From: Eledone cirrhosa
Taxonomy: Eukaryota
Assembly: GCA_964016885.1 (NCBI GenBank)
Contig: OZ024745.1
Coordinates: 69,626,001-69,690,000 of the forward strand
DNA: 64,000 nucleotides
Direction of reading: 5' to 3'
Numbering within the stretch: the stretch's first letter is position 1; the number at the start of each line of letters is the position of its first letter. The notes under the pieces were generated by a model. That model was not told where the DNA came from and did no database searches. It was given only the letters and a program-made list of their open reading frames with translations. The position numbers were made by a program, and so were the translations under genes. Shown here one piece after another: positions 26,257 through 42,039 of this stretch.

Positions 26257-26502
26257 ATAAGTAAATAAAATAAAATAAATAAATAAATAAATAAATAAAT
26301 AAATACATACACAAGCACAATAACAACAAGCACATAAACACACACTAGTCACCCATCACACAGCAAACAAAACACTATACACACACGCAAACGCATGCGC
26401 AAAAAAGACAAAATGAAATAAACAAACAAGCAAATAAATATATAAATATATAGACAGACTGTATAAAAATGGCGTAGACATACAATACAACAGGAGGAAA
26501 AG

Positions 26503-26556
26503 ATAGCACCACTGACGATGTTGCAGATGTGCAACGAAAGATTTATGATAAACTAT
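26503..26556 (+). ncRNA. Minimal type I hammerhead candidate in 3' pLTR
   Basis: ATAGCACCA-CTGACGA-T-GTTGCA-GATG-TGCAAC-GAAA-GATT-TA-TGATAAACTAT; perfect 6-bp stem II, imperfect stem I. Confidence 0.75.
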
Positions 26557-26796
26557 ATATATGTGTTTGTGTCTATATTGAATCTGTATTATTTTTGACC
26601 GTCGGTCAGTCAATGGCAACATTGAGGACCGAGTAAGTTAGATTACCGATATAAAAGACACAGAAGCGAGAAGCGAAAACCAACCAAACAGTGAGTGTAT
26701 TCTGTTATTAATTCTGGCAATATTACACAAATATGACCCTCCTCAAGTATAACAATATTTGTTTCGACACACGATTTCATATAAAAAACCTCGCAA

Positions 26797-26840
<44 letters not shown>

Positions 26841-26929
26841 GTAATATTAACGAGAGTTATTTTACTCATTCACTAGATGTATTTTAGCTCTATGCTATGA
26901 TAAGATCAAGCAGAGCCAGTATACAATTA

Positions 26930-27345
26930 CAGGGAATGTCTCCACGAACCACCTAAATAGAATATTAGTCTACGACTTCACTTATACGATAAACGTGGTT
27001 TTGTCTTTGTGTGCAATTGTTACCACCGCTCCAAATAATGAAGTATTATCTTCGTTCTTTTTCCGTTCTTTGCCAGGGAACATCTCCACGAACCAACGTA
27101 TCGTCTTCCAGTCTTTCTTCGGTTGCAACATTTTTCGAAATATTTACTTCTGCGTTCACACGTTCATAAATAGATTTTTTTTTTAGTTTCAGAAGATCCC
27201 GTTAAGGGTGAAAGCAGCGATTCTTTGCTTAAACCTTAATCTGTTATTTTAATAAATATTTGCTCTAGGCTTCTTAGATATTTGATATATATTTATCCTT
27301 ATCCAGCCCTCTTTGGATTTTAGTCTTCAAATTTATTATTATTAC
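26930..27345 (+). mobile_element. Solo pLTR, family N2
   Basis: Homology to other N2 copies; ends gtcttcaaatttattattattac-(TA)n. Confidence 0.85.
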
Positions 27346-27370
27346 TATATATGTGTGTGTGTGTCTGTGT

Positions 27371-27645
27371 GGAGGCACGTGGCCTAGTGGTAAGTGTGTT
27401 GGACATACGATCATAATGTCGTGTGTTCGATTGGTGGGCTGCGTGTTGTGTTCTTGAGCAAAACAATTCATTTCACGTTGCTCCAGTATACTCAGCTGAA
27501 AATGAGTACCAGCAATAGCTGGACGTTTAACCCTGCGATGGACTGGTGTCCTGTCCAGGGGGGAGTCATGTACTGATAGTCGCTTCACGCCATGAAACCG
27601 GGATAAGCACCGGCCAAATGAGCCTTATGGCTTAAGACAGACTTT
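27371..27645 (+). mobile_element. tRNA-derived SINE with CORE/V-domain-like body
   Basis: TGGCCTAGTGGTAAG A box, GTTCGATT B box, gttgtgttcttgagcaaaac, accctgcgatggactggtgtcctgtccagggggg. Confidence 0.75.
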
Positions 27646-27648
27646 AGA

Positions 27649-27701
<53 letters not shown>

Positions 27702-27788
27702 GTAAGGAATCAGGTGGACCATAACGTTCGGGTCTAGCAGTCGAAACGGCCGGAGCTCAGCCGTCGGGGTCCTGACCTGACTCTCTTT

Positions 27789-27835
<47 letters not shown>

Positions 27836-27838
<3 letters not shown>

Positions 27839-29648
27839 GTAATAATAATAAGTTTGAAGACTAAAATCCAAAGAAGGCTCGATAAGGATAAATGCATATC
27901 AAATATATAAGAACCGTAGAGCAAATTTTTATTAAAATAACAGATTAAAGTTTAAGCAAATAATCGCTGCTTTCACCCTTAACGGGATCTTCTGAAACTA
28001 AAAAAGTCACTTTGTGAACGCAGAAGTAAATATTTCAAAAAACATTGCAACCGAAGGAAGACAGGAAGACGATACTTTGGTTCGTGGAAACGTTCCCTGG
28101 CAAAGAACGGAAAAAAACTAGGATAATACGTCATTATTTGGATCGGTGAAAACAATTACACGCAAAGACAAAACCACGTTTATGGTATAAATGAAGTCGG
28201 GGGCTAATATTCTATTAGGTGGTTCATAGATACGTTCTCTGGCAATGAACGGGAAAAACGAAGATAATACGTCATTATGTTGAGCGGGAAGAACAATTAC
28301 ACGAAAAGACAAAACCACATAAATGGTATAACTGAAGTCGTAGACTTCAATTCTATTTAGGAAACCGAATGAGCCTCGGCTTCAGAGATAATAATAAAGT
28401 AAATAAAATACAGAGGTAATTGAAATTAAATATATACATACACGCATCCATATACGTACATACACAAGCATACGCGAAAACACTCGCCATGTGTATGCAA
28501 ATACAAGCACGTACACAAAAAATCACGCAGAATGTTTGCAGAGGCACGTCAACCAAAATACAAAGTACATATATACACACACCCTACATACGTACGAACG
28601 CGCATACTCACACAGACGCAAAACTCACATACACACATAACCAAATGCACATGTACCAGTATATATAATATATACGCCAATAACAAATACAAGCAAATAT
28701 ACGTACCAGAAAGTATACGTACCTTCACAAAACATACAGGTAATATATACTTACCTATACAAATAAGTAATGGCATAAACATAACATATACTTAGCTACC
28801 ACATCAAGACGTAAAATATCCGCGTATAGATCGTACTGTCCGTTAGGGTATAATGTGGGGTTGTAATACAGGACAGTTTTGTGCAATTTATGTTTACAAG
28901 CCGAAATTACTTGAGATTTTTTGTTTAAGATGTGGTCTTTGGCGTAGATTACTTCCAGATCATCAGTGGCGCAGAGGTTGCAAGGTCTTTTATTTCCGTT
29001 ATACGATCTAGCCTTAGCTAGGATCTCCCAGTGTAACTTATATTGGGCGTGGTTGTCTTTTAGACTCCAGATATAAGCTGAAAGTGACGTCATATTCCTT
29101 CTTAAAGGGTTAAGAAAAGAATGGGTATGCATGTAAAGACGCTGCTTGAATCTATTGGCGGTTAACCCTATATAGGCTGTGTCTGTTTCAACCTTACATT
29201 TGTAGACAATGTTACTAGAGAGGCATTTCCCGGATAGGGGGCAGTCAACTCGATTCCTACAATAACAGTTAGTACTAGCTACAGGGTTGCACGTGTTCCT
29301 AATTTTAATTACCTCTGTATTTTATTTACTTTATTCTTAACTCTGAAGCCGAGGATCATTCTGTTTCCTGAATAGAATTTTAGTCTACGACTTCATTTAT
29401 ACCATAAACGTGGTTTTGTCTTTGCGTGTAATTGTTTTCACCGCTCCAAATAATGACGTATTATATTCGTTTTTTTTCGTTCTTTGCCAGGGAACGTTTA
29501 CACGAACCCAAGTATCGTCTTCCTGTCTTCCTTCGGTTGCAATGTTTTTTGAAATATTTACTTCTGCGTTCACAGATTGACTTTTTAGTTTCAGAAGATC
29601 CCATTAAGGATGAAAGCAGCGATTAGTTGCTTAAACTTTAATCTGTTA

Positions 29649-29655
<7 letters not shown>
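27836..29655 (-). mobile_element. Truncated Naiad-type PLE (family N2): EN remnant 28830-29298, 3' pLTR, inverted 5' pLTR 29300-29655
   Basis: TSLSAYIWSLK..WEILAKARSY..CNLC..SACKH; inverted pLTR; (TA)n on both sides. Confidence 0.9.
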
Positions 29656-29701
<46 letters not shown>

Positions 29702-31096
29702 CTGGATAGATAAATTTTCAAGTCACATCACATATCATGACACGCCACTACGACTTCAATTGGACAGTGGGTATCGTTGATATATACGAGACTGATACTA
29801 CATTTTATCGACGCCTAGAAAGGCAAAGAAAATAATTCCCGATAGGTTTAATTTTTTCCATCATTTACATAAAACGTAAAATGAGATTTGTGGCACCAAT
29901 TTTGAATCAAAGAGGCAAGACATACCCAAAATATTAGTTGTCTTTTGATTCTTTATTGTAACTTAGAAATGCGATCACTTTGAGTAATTATGTCTATTTC
30001 TAAATCTAATTTCTGTCAAAGCAAGGTATATATTACGATGTGTGTCGTTTACATAAAACTAATGAAAAACAATAAAAAATAAATGATTTTTAAGCATTTT
30101 GTTAGTGAAAATTTTAAGTGATACTAAACAAGCCGAATTAAAAGTGTTCACCGTAATGTTTGGCTTAATAACCGGAAATAATATTATAATAGAGCATTAT
30201 ATGTAATTAGAACTTTTTCAAAGATATGTCTGTCTTCATCACCATCATCATCATCTTTATCATCATCTCTCTCTCTCTATCTCTCTCTCTCACTGATTCT
30301 ACCCCCCCTCTCTTTTTCTTTGCTACATTCTGAAGAAACGCTAGATTTGGCAGCAGTTCTGTCTAGAAATTTTAAATTATTATATGTTGATCGTATTGGT
30401 ATAAAATTATTCCATAAAATATGTGGAGGAAAAAAATTGTTGTTTTATACTTAATTCCTCAGCAAAGCCTACATAGCGACTGGAAAAATATAATTGCTTT
30501 AAAGTTCTATTCTGTTATATGCGTCTGTGTAATGGTTCTGTATATATTTGAGCAATATATTATTTGTTCATTATATGAAACATTAACAGTGATTCAATTC
30601 ATAATATATAAATAAACCTTCATTTTTTTCAAAATTGTATATATTTTCGTGCATATCCAACCATCATTATAAATTGTTTAAATTAAGCATATGAAACGTA
30701 ACGCTCTTTTTATTTTGTTTTTCATCAATTACCTTAGAGGATTCACTCATTATTTCGCGACCATACTGGGGTGCCACCTTGGATTAATCGATCATATCCA
30801 CTCCAGTACATGTTCATTCAAGACTCGCACTTATTTAATCGACCTCCTTCTATCAAACCACTACGCTACGTTCCATAAACAAATAGTCAATGTAAACACT
30901 GACGCAAACATACGGTCAAACACATCATACATATGCAGACATACATGCATATACACATACATATATAGATTCATACACACAGACACACATACATACACAT
31001 ACATATATATATATATATATATAAATATATGTGTCTGTGTGTATATCTATACACATATGTATATATATATATATATACACATATATATACATATAT

Positions 31097-31186
<90 letters not shown>

Positions 31187-31191
31187 TTTGC

Positions 31192-31238
<47 letters not shown>

Positions 31239-32356
31239 ATATATATACATATATCATTTCTGTCTAGCAAGATCCACTCACAAGTTGTTGGTTAACTTAA
31301 AACTATATTAGAAAACACTTGTCGAAGGAACTGTAGCGTGACGGAACCCAAAGCTCAGTGTAGGCAGATCAGATTCCTTAACCATACAGCCATACCACCG
31401 ACTATAAGATATTACCCACAAAACATAGGTACGCCTATAATGTTTCAGCCATACAGCTATACCTGCGCCCGTGGAAAGTTTAAGCAAAATGTCCCTGCAT
31501 ATTATTGAAAGTATTTGCTGATACGTAAGCCCGAGATTAAAAATATTGGATCAACGATTGCTTCTAAAGCTGGAAGATTCGCAGAAGTACGATTAAAGAA
31601 ATATGTTCCCGTTGATTGGGCATTATTTGTTTGAATTGATAACAGTTGAATTACGCCCATTGCTCTGATCTTGGTCTAATCAATTAAATAGTATAAGTCC
31701 CATACTAATCAGGTTGATTCGTTAGCTGGTGATTGGGCGGCTGCTCCCATTATGCCGACTGTCAGGTGAAATAACTATAGTAAAGGATATATTTACGCTT
31801 AATTTGAGATTAAAATCTGAAGGGCTGCCTTAGTGGTCTTTGTGGTTGTCCGGTCTACAGCGAATTTATAATTTATTCTCATAAGCGATTTTTATTATAA
31901 GTTTATTATAAACACACATGCATATATGGATGATTGTGCGCGCGCGTATATATGCTCTATGGATATTTAAAAAAGGATAGTGTTCCGAACTAAATATAAA
32001 TAAACGGAAAAAATGAAACGAAATTTCATTTCCCACTCTTAGTACGGCTGTTACTTAAATATAAGTATGTACACGTACATACATATATGTATACAGACGT
32101 ACAGTAGTATGTATATATATATACATACATGCACACATATATATATATGTACGTATGGATTCACCGAACATTTATTATAATGCTCGGTGTGTTTGTAAGC
32201 AAACATCCCGTATTAAGCCGTAGTGCCCAGCAACCATCGTTGCTCGTTTGTTAAACACTGACAAAGGAACAATGTACTAGTTCCAAGCGTATTAGCTATC
32301 GTGAATCCATACGTACATATATGTATATACGTGTACATACTTATATTTAAATATAA

Positions 32357-32388
<32 letters not shown>

Positions 32389-32394
32389 ATATAT

Positions 32395-32720
32395 AGTAAT
32401 AATAATAATTTTGAAGACTAAAATCCAAAGAAGGCTTCAGAAGGATAAATATGTATCAGATATATAAGAACCGTAGAGTAAATATTTATTGAAATAACAG
32501 ATTAAAGTTTAAGCAAAGAATCGCTGCTTTCATCCTGAACGGAATCTTCTGAAACTAAAAAAGTCAATCTGTGAACGCAGAAGTAGATATTTCAAAAAAC
32601 GTTGCAACCGAAGGAAGACGATACTTTGGTTCGTGGAAACGTTCCCTGGCAAAGAACGAAAGAAAACGAAGATAATACGTCATTATTCTTTGCCTAAACT
32701 TTAATCTGCTATTTTAATAA
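32395..32720 (-). mobile_element. N2 pLTR with short terminal inverted copy; further fragment at 32895-32955
   Basis: Homology to N2; 32688-32722 is inverted relative to 32485-32520. Confidence 0.8.
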
Positions 32721-32844
<124 letters not shown>

Positions 32845-32987
32845 CTGTATGTATATACATAAATATATGTATATATTTATATATATATATATTTATTAAA
32901 ATAACAGATTAAAGTTTAAGCAAAGAATCGGTGCTTTCACCCTTAACGGGATCTTATATATATATATAGAGAGAGAGAGCGAGTGAG

Positions 32988-33032
<45 letters not shown>

Positions 33033-35169
33033 CAATCACAGGCACACACATACATATATATGTGTGTGTGTGTGTAGCGAGTTCTGATGCAGTGCCCTTG
33101 AAATACTTGAATGCAAATATTCGGTTAAACAATCGATAAATGCGGACAAGGCAATGGAATTGCATTAGAAGAAAACTGTTATATTGACGAATTTCCTTCT
33201 GCGCAGATGACCCAATAACCCCGTGCTCAAATATCTTTGTGCACCAGTTTCTGTCTGTGTATAAGCTGCTTTTCTATACGGAGAAACGTGGACAGTGTAT
33301 TGTGGACTTTGAGCATGATGGTGTTGCATTTGCATCGCTACAACGGAGCTATCGGTGGCGAAATACTTGTGATGTTATGAAAATGTTGCAAAGGAAAACT
33401 AATGGAAAATGGAAGAGGAATTGAAAGACAAAAGGAATTGAGAATAGAAGAGTAAGAATACAATGTGTGTGTCTCTAACGAGAGAACTATATTGTTATGT
33501 TAGCGTTAACGTTTAATGTCATTGCTGATTCTATTAGAGTCTTGTTTGGAAAATCAATGCATTTTAAATAGAAAACTAGGTCAAGTATATTTAGAGAATG
33601 CAGAGGTTGAAAAATTGAATGAACTAGCAGTACCCACTAATAATTAGATTTAGAGTTATAAAAGTGTGATAATGCACTAATAAATAGAGTCAAGTTCACA
33701 TTTTGATGGCCGAGTCATTGCAACGTCATTTTCTTTATAGATATGATATTTATATCAAAGTATTGACAAAAAGACGAACTAATGCAAATAGAAACGAAAG
33801 CTTCTGCTTTGTATTGAAGAAATATTATGAAAGACGGAAATAATAGAAGTGAAATCAATTACAGCTGCCGAATTATCACTGACGGGGAACCCGTAATAAT
33901 AATTCAGATCAAATTCCTAGGAGAATACCACCACAATATTAATTACTTTTTCACTATCCAACCTTTAAAACGCAATTTTCTTCATTCAGTAAAGAGGCAT
34001 TTTGGAAATATTCTTTCTACAGGTGTAAGAATATAAAAATAATAATATTTTGACACTTTCAATGTTTATGGAATAACGTAAATAAATTAGGTTAAGAATG
34101 TTCCTAATTCATCAGATCTGCATATGTCACTGATATTTAAATATTAATATGATTTAAAATGACACATAGTATCGCCTGTAGCCATCTAGTAAACTCTACT
34201 CGGTCACAAGAAATTCGTTGTCTCTCCATATTTATCTCTAAATTAAACGAGGTGCTTGTTATACACTGCAGCAGTCACCGATATCTATATATTTATTTTA
34301 TTATTTTTGTTTGTTCCCGTAACTCCTGGTAGTGTCATAGGTGCACCGCACTGACATACGGCGTTTCTTCGGCATTTTAAGGCTGGCGGAGCCATCCCTC
34401 TCCAGGCATGAGTATAGCAGTATTCTTCCAGAAAAAGACAGAAAGTGAGAGAGAGGAAATCAGAAAGAGATATAGAGGAAAAATCGACCCTAGTACTAGA
34501 CTGGTACTTTTTTTTATCGACCTCGAAAGGACAAGCGACAACGTTAACCTCGGCAGGACTTGCAGCCTGCGAATCGGAACGAATGCCATAAAGCATTCTA
34601 TCCGACGTTCTAACTACTCTCCTATATATCTATATATTTAAATGGTTGTAAATTACATAGAATGACACATGTGGCAACTATCTAAAATATATTGATGGTA
34701 TACAAGACGTTCAACTGACAATTCATAATGATCTCCGGATTAAGTGGTGTACCGGACTATTTTTTTCAGAAAACAGGTTTTACACATGTATTACCACGAC
34801 GATCGTCGTAAATATTCAAAGACTGACGGTATATTTTGATGATGTGTATATGATTGATTAATAACCTGACATATTTGTTTTAGATATACCATAATTAATA
34901 CACACCGGCCCTCAACATTAACCTACAACTGATGTTTCAGACATAATGTTCTAACTAATAATCAACAGTTAGGTATACACAAACGATTAAATGGACAGGT
35001 GGAAATCATGCAATTATTTTCATCATTGCTGTAAATCTTCAACTTCGGAATCTGACCACAGAATAATATATAACTCATTAAATGCGCATACTATGTTTAT
35101 TCTCTATTGATCTCTCTATAAGAATACGAATGTATAATTTAAAATGACGTAAATTGCTATTGTATATAA

Positions 35170-35217
<48 letters not shown>

Positions 35218-35250
35218 AGTGTAATTTTCTACACAAAGCGAAGGTTATAG

Positions 35251-35545
<295 letters not shown>

Positions 35546-35744
35546 TTATATAAATAAATTAATAAAAATAATGAATAAAAACAAAGAAACAGTTCCATAT
35601 ATTAAAAAATTCATCATTTTACGATCGTTTCTAGGATATATATGTGTCTGTTGGTATGTATATCATATAGATATATGTAAAACGTTTACAAACTATCAGA
35701 GGGAATATACATACCTACATATATATATGCTGTCTTCAGAAATA

Positions 35745-35921
35745 ATTGTTTCTACTTTAGGCACAAGGCCAGCAATTACCCAGTGTATTACTGCTACTTT
35801 ATTTTATCGACCCCGTAAGGATGAAAGGCAAAGTCAACCTCGGCGGGATTTGAACTCAGATCGTAAAGGGACGTAACTATGCTGGAAAGCATGGCGTCCG
35901 ACCCTCTACCGATACTGCCAA
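35745..35921 (-). mobile_element. Full-length SINE copy (1594 family)
   Basis: Near identical to 1599-1772; ttcagaaat-like repeat at both flanks. Confidence 0.9.
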
Positions 35922-36663
35922 TTTCAGAAATTATGATATTTGTTTATTGAAAAAAACCCAACAAAGATTTAATATAATAGGTTTGTTTAGGAACAGGTTT
36001 GAATTGACCAATAGAAAAGTAGTAAGTGGTCAAGTTGATAGAATAGTAGTAGTAGAAATTTAATTTAGGGGTAGAGGAATGCAGACTTCAGTTTTGAGTG
36101 GAAAGAGTATTTTGAATGAAAAGATTACTTTCGGGATGAAAATAGGTCAAGCCGGTGAAAGGTACACGAAAATTTGATGCTATTAAAGAATAATGATAAT
36201 GTTAAAATCTAAGGAGAATAACATTTTACGATCAATCTTATTTAAAACATAGGGAATTTAGATCTATAAAAAGAAATTAAATTAATTTAATTGATATGTA
36301 TATTTATAGGGATACATTTATATTAATTCATATAGATATGATAAATAAGAGTTAGATGTTATTAAAGAATGCTGTTAAAAACGAAGGAAAAAAATTTTTT
36401 GGGGGGAATAAATGTATTAGTGAGAAATAACAAACTTATATAGATTACAAGGAATTTAGATTCATAACAGGAAATTAAAATAGTTTATATGTATACTTAT
36501 TGGTATAAATTTTAGGAAAAGATAGCTGTAATAGGGAAACAAAATTATGCAGTTTTTAGTAGTAGAATATTAATTATAGATTAACTAATTTTAAAAAATT
36601 AATTATAATAATTTGTAAAATATAAGTGTATATTAATTAGGTTTATAATATTTGAAAGTTTTT

Positions 36664-36960
36664 CTAATGCGGCATTTTTAAAACTGTGTTTGTGGGTATT
36701 AAATACCCACAAGAACAGTTTTTAAAATGCCGCATTAGCTAATACAACATCCTTAGCTGAAATAATTAATAATTATAGAAAAAAGAATATCTATTATAAC
36801 CTGACCTGGAGTGTGCTCAAAAGGGCCACTCCTTATCAAAAAAAAAATAGATATGAATGTAGATTAGGTTCCCAGGAACTTTTTGAAATAATGAAATCTA
36901 AGAATATCCTATTAAATAAGCGACAAGAATTATATCGTGCAATCATAGAATTAGAAAAAC
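36664..36960 (+). pseudogene. Decayed Naiad-type EN C-terminus starting at a fold-back junction
   Basis: NTHKNSF..NTTSLAEII..YNLTWSVLKRATPY..ECRLGSQELFEI..LLNKRQE..SCNH; 37-bp inverted arms 36664-36700/36702-36738. Confidence 0.7.
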
Positions 36961-38556
36961 TCAACAAACATTAGGATATACCTAAGTATTATTCCAATTT
37001 AGTGTTTAGGGTGCTAACTAATCAGTATTTCGTGGATAGCTGGTTGTATTATTTTATATTAGACATTATTAAATAAATATCTCTTTCCATCCAGACGGCC
37101 GTTTCGTTATGAGATTTCTACAATTTGGGATAAATAATTTCCAGGTTATGTATATTTTTCTTATGTTATTATTCTGTTTTTTATTGCATAATTTATTTTC
37201 AACTGTTCACTTACAGGTGTGTTTATATATGTACATGTATATGTGGTGGCACTTCTGTGTGGGTAGGCAAATGTGCATGCGCGCATATGTATGCATGCGC
37301 ACGCATGTGTAGATGTATGTAGTTAGGCCTATGCGTGGGTATTTCTGTGTATAGGTGTGTATATGCGTATGCGTGTTAGGTTGTCCTTTTTTCTTTTCTT
37401 TTTCTTTTGTGTGTATATATCTATATATATATACTTATATAAAAATATATATATGTGTATGTATATATATATGTGTGTGTGTGGGTGCGTGTGTAGGCAA
37501 TGTTTATGTACGTATGTGTTAGTATGTGTGTGTGGACATGTGGGAGTTTACGTTTGTGTATATATGTGTGTGTATGTATGTGTGTGTATATATATGTATA
37601 CATATATTCATTAGTTAAGCAAAACAAGACCACAAATTTCACAAGGAAGATATTATTAAAAGATTGTCAACATATTTTAGATTGATGTAAGGAATGTAGA
37701 GAATAATAATAATAATATTAATAATAATAATGTCCGTTTACAATTGTTTCGCTACTCCATATAATATTTCTGGATCAGATGACTATATATCATATACATA
37801 TAGTTATGTAATGAACAACATAGGATAGTTGAAAGCAAACGATATTTACTTTCATTCATCAGAATGAAAAAAATTCTAGGCGTGTATGTATATATGTGTA
37901 TGCACATGTGCGTATATATATATATATATCTGAATGTATGTGTGTATGTATAAATGCGTGTGTATGAGCGTGTGTGTGTGTGTATATATATATATATATT
38001 TAAATGTATAGAAGGTTGGCCGCATGTGTGCGTGCGCGCACGTGTATGTATCTATGTGTACGTTTAATTTTGACATGCTTACCCAATTGATACAGAACAG
38101 ACAGAAGGCTCGTGGCGGCATGTATCAACAAGTGTGTGGTGACTTGGCCCATGGAAGAGAGGGAGAGAGTGTGTGTGAGTATATATACTGCCATGTATGT
38201 ATGTGGCGGTGTGGGTGTCTGAGCATGTAGACGTAAGAGTGTGACTGCATAGATAGGTGTATGTCTGAGTATATATGTGTGTGTTACTATGTGATTATTC
38301 TAGTATGTGTGGGTGCTTATTCTGAAGTGTGAGAAGACGTGTGAAGTACTGAACGCAGTATGACTTCATTGAAATATGTCGAACGGAAAATAGTTGATGA
38401 ACCGTGTGGCAGCAGACACTGACCAGAACTTGTGATGACGTGGAGTATAAACAGCCAATGGCATGACAAGAGTGGAAAGAAGGGTTGTTTTGAAGGGTTT
38501 GAGGGGTTGTTTTGAAACAACACCCCGGTGATAAAATTTGTACCGGACATAACAGA

Positions 38557-38647
38557 CGTGTCTGAAAGAACCCGCAGAAGTAGAATCAGCCAGATCCATA
38601 CAAGGACCATGACTCAAGCTACATGCCGGCGAAACATTTGTAACACG
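38557..38647 (+). ncRNA. Type I hammerhead candidate with long imperfect stem II
   Basis: CGTGT-CTGAAAGA-[CC/GG, GCA/TGC, GTAG/CTAC, TCC/GGA pairings]-GAAA-CATTTG-TA-ACACG; about 1.6 kb downstream of the Naiad EN remnant, just before (TA)n. Confidence 0.6.
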
Positions 38648-38691
38648 AAATAAACCAAGTCCAGATGCATCACAGATTTTTCGTTTTCTTG

Positions 38692-38750
<59 letters not shown>

Positions 38751-38763
38751 TTATATATATATT

Positions 38764-38839
<76 letters not shown>

Positions 38840-38840
38840 T

Positions 38841-38871
<31 letters not shown>

Positions 38872-38874
38872 ATT

Positions 38875-38907
<33 letters not shown>

Positions 38908-39109
38908 ATTTATATATATATATATTTATATATATATATATATTTATATATAAAATAAAGTTAAATAAAAAGTCAAATGTCAAACACACAAACACACAAA
39001 TAAACATACATATGTCTACTTTCTTTATTTCAATAGAAAATCTGAACTCTGACACCTCAGCGAACTAACCATATTCACTGAACCAGAACAATTCTCCAAT
39101 CCCATTTCT

Positions 39110-40064
<955 letters not shown>

Positions 40065-40639
40065 GTGTCTGTCGACACCTGGAATATAGCTTAAGAGAAA
40101 TTTGATGATAATGATATGATTAGCACCCAATATTTTGAACTGGTTTATAGAATTATCTTGCCTTTTGTCACTCTAAGTAGAAGTTTAAAGAATTAGCTTT
40201 TAAAGAATTTCCCTTTTCTTTAAATCCATCAACCATGACCGACCCCCAATGATCTTATAGACACCTGAAATATAGGCATTGTTAGCTTAAGAGAAACTTA
40301 AAAATAAGGAGTGGCACGCCATTCTGAACCTGTTTATAGAATTCTTTCTGCCTTTGTCACTCTAAATATAAATTATAACCTTAAAGAATTAGCTTTTAAT
40401 GAATTCCTTTTCTTTCAACCAATGACCTCTACCCACCCCACTCCCCATCCTCTCCTACCACCTGAAAAGATATAAATAACACAACATTTATTTTTCGACA
40501 GATTGAAACAGTTCTGTAGAATTTCATCTATATTAAAACTTTTATACTCTGCTATGTATTGAGTACCTTACTTACTGTGGTTACCTCCGATTCAACCCGG
40601 AATAACGTATATTTATATATATATATATATTTATATATA

Positions 40640-40872
40640 CAAATAAAGATTCAGCGAGAATCGCATTTCGGCGGGTAGGAAAAGCGAAGCGAAACGCAAA
40701 AATCAGAAATGATACTGGCAAAGTGCTCCATAGTTAAAAACCAGAGCTAAACAATGTGTTAAGAAGCCATACAAAACTGAAAGGGTGGTCAAGAAGGTAT
40801 TAACCACCCAAACTAAAACCAAATCAAGCTAAACAGGTCAAAACAAAATAAATGATAAAAAATAAATGATAT
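40640..40872. repeat. ~230-bp dispersed repeat in (TA)n; reverse copies at 61750-61942 and 62428-62643
   Basis: Shared gcgagaatcgcatttcggcgggtag..ccagagctaaaca..gtggtcaagaag. Confidence 0.85.
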
Positions 40873-40917
40873 TTATATATATATATTTATATATATATAT
40901 TTATATATATATATATA

Positions 40918-41212
40918 TTTAGGAAGGATATTTTCGAAACAGCGAGCGGGTTTGAAATTATTATAAATGTAAGCTATCGCCGTATTTTGACTAAAGAAAT
41001 TAAAGAAATTATTTAGCTTGATAGTGGGGTTAAGAACCCTCGGAGAAATGGAAAAAGATGAGTATTGACGTACATGGAAGTCGAACCCACATCTTTGGTT
41101 ATCCAGACTCATAAATACTCATCTTTTTCCATTTCTCCGAGGGTTCTTCACTACACTATGAGGCTATATAATTTCTTTAATTTCTTTAGTCAGAATACGG
41201 CGATAGCTTACA
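40918..41212. mobile_element. Fold-back copy of the tRNA-like-bearing family
   Basis: Arms about 40965-41066 and 41115-41212; 3' half of the tRNA-like sequence at the centre. Confidence 0.8.
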
Positions 41213-41229
41213 TATATTATATATATATT

Positions 41230-41302
<73 letters not shown>

Positions 41303-41603
41303 TATATATATTTATATATATAAGATCAAAAGATGGTTAAAGGAGTTCTATGTATTTTATTATGCGCATTTCAAAAACAAACATCATCATGCAATAATAT
41401 TTGTGTTTTCATCAGATAAAACAGGAGGACATGATATGAAGGCTAAAAAACACTTGTGGATAGTGCAGTTTTAAATCAGCATATCATATATATGATCTTA
41501 TATATATTATGTATGCTCCAGTCCTACAAACTGTAGAGTGCTTCTTATCCGATATCTGCATTGCTTTATTGTACTACAATAAAACTCACCTCCTACATAT
41601 ATA

Positions 41604-41728
<125 letters not shown>

Positions 41729-41966
41729 ATATATATTTACATATAGAAAACTTATAATGAAACACTTGTTTTGAAAGAGAGATATATTTTAACTTTAATT
41801 ATATCTCATAAAATAATACAACTGGCTTTCCACAAAATACATATAGTTAGCACCCCAAACACTAAATTGGGATTATACTAACGTATAACCTAATGTTTGT
41901 TGAGTGAGATGGTTACCAGTCGGAGTTTAGCTTAAAGCTTTCTCTGTTATTGTATTAAATATTTAC

Positions 41967-42039
<73 letters not shown>

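Larger units (their letters stand above)
23573..26800 (+). mobile_element. Young Penelope-like element with inverted 5' pLTR and internal 5' inversion, in (TA)n
   Basis: 23573-23779 is the reverse complement of 26552-26758; open RT-EN ORF; flanked by (TA)n. Confidence 0.95.
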
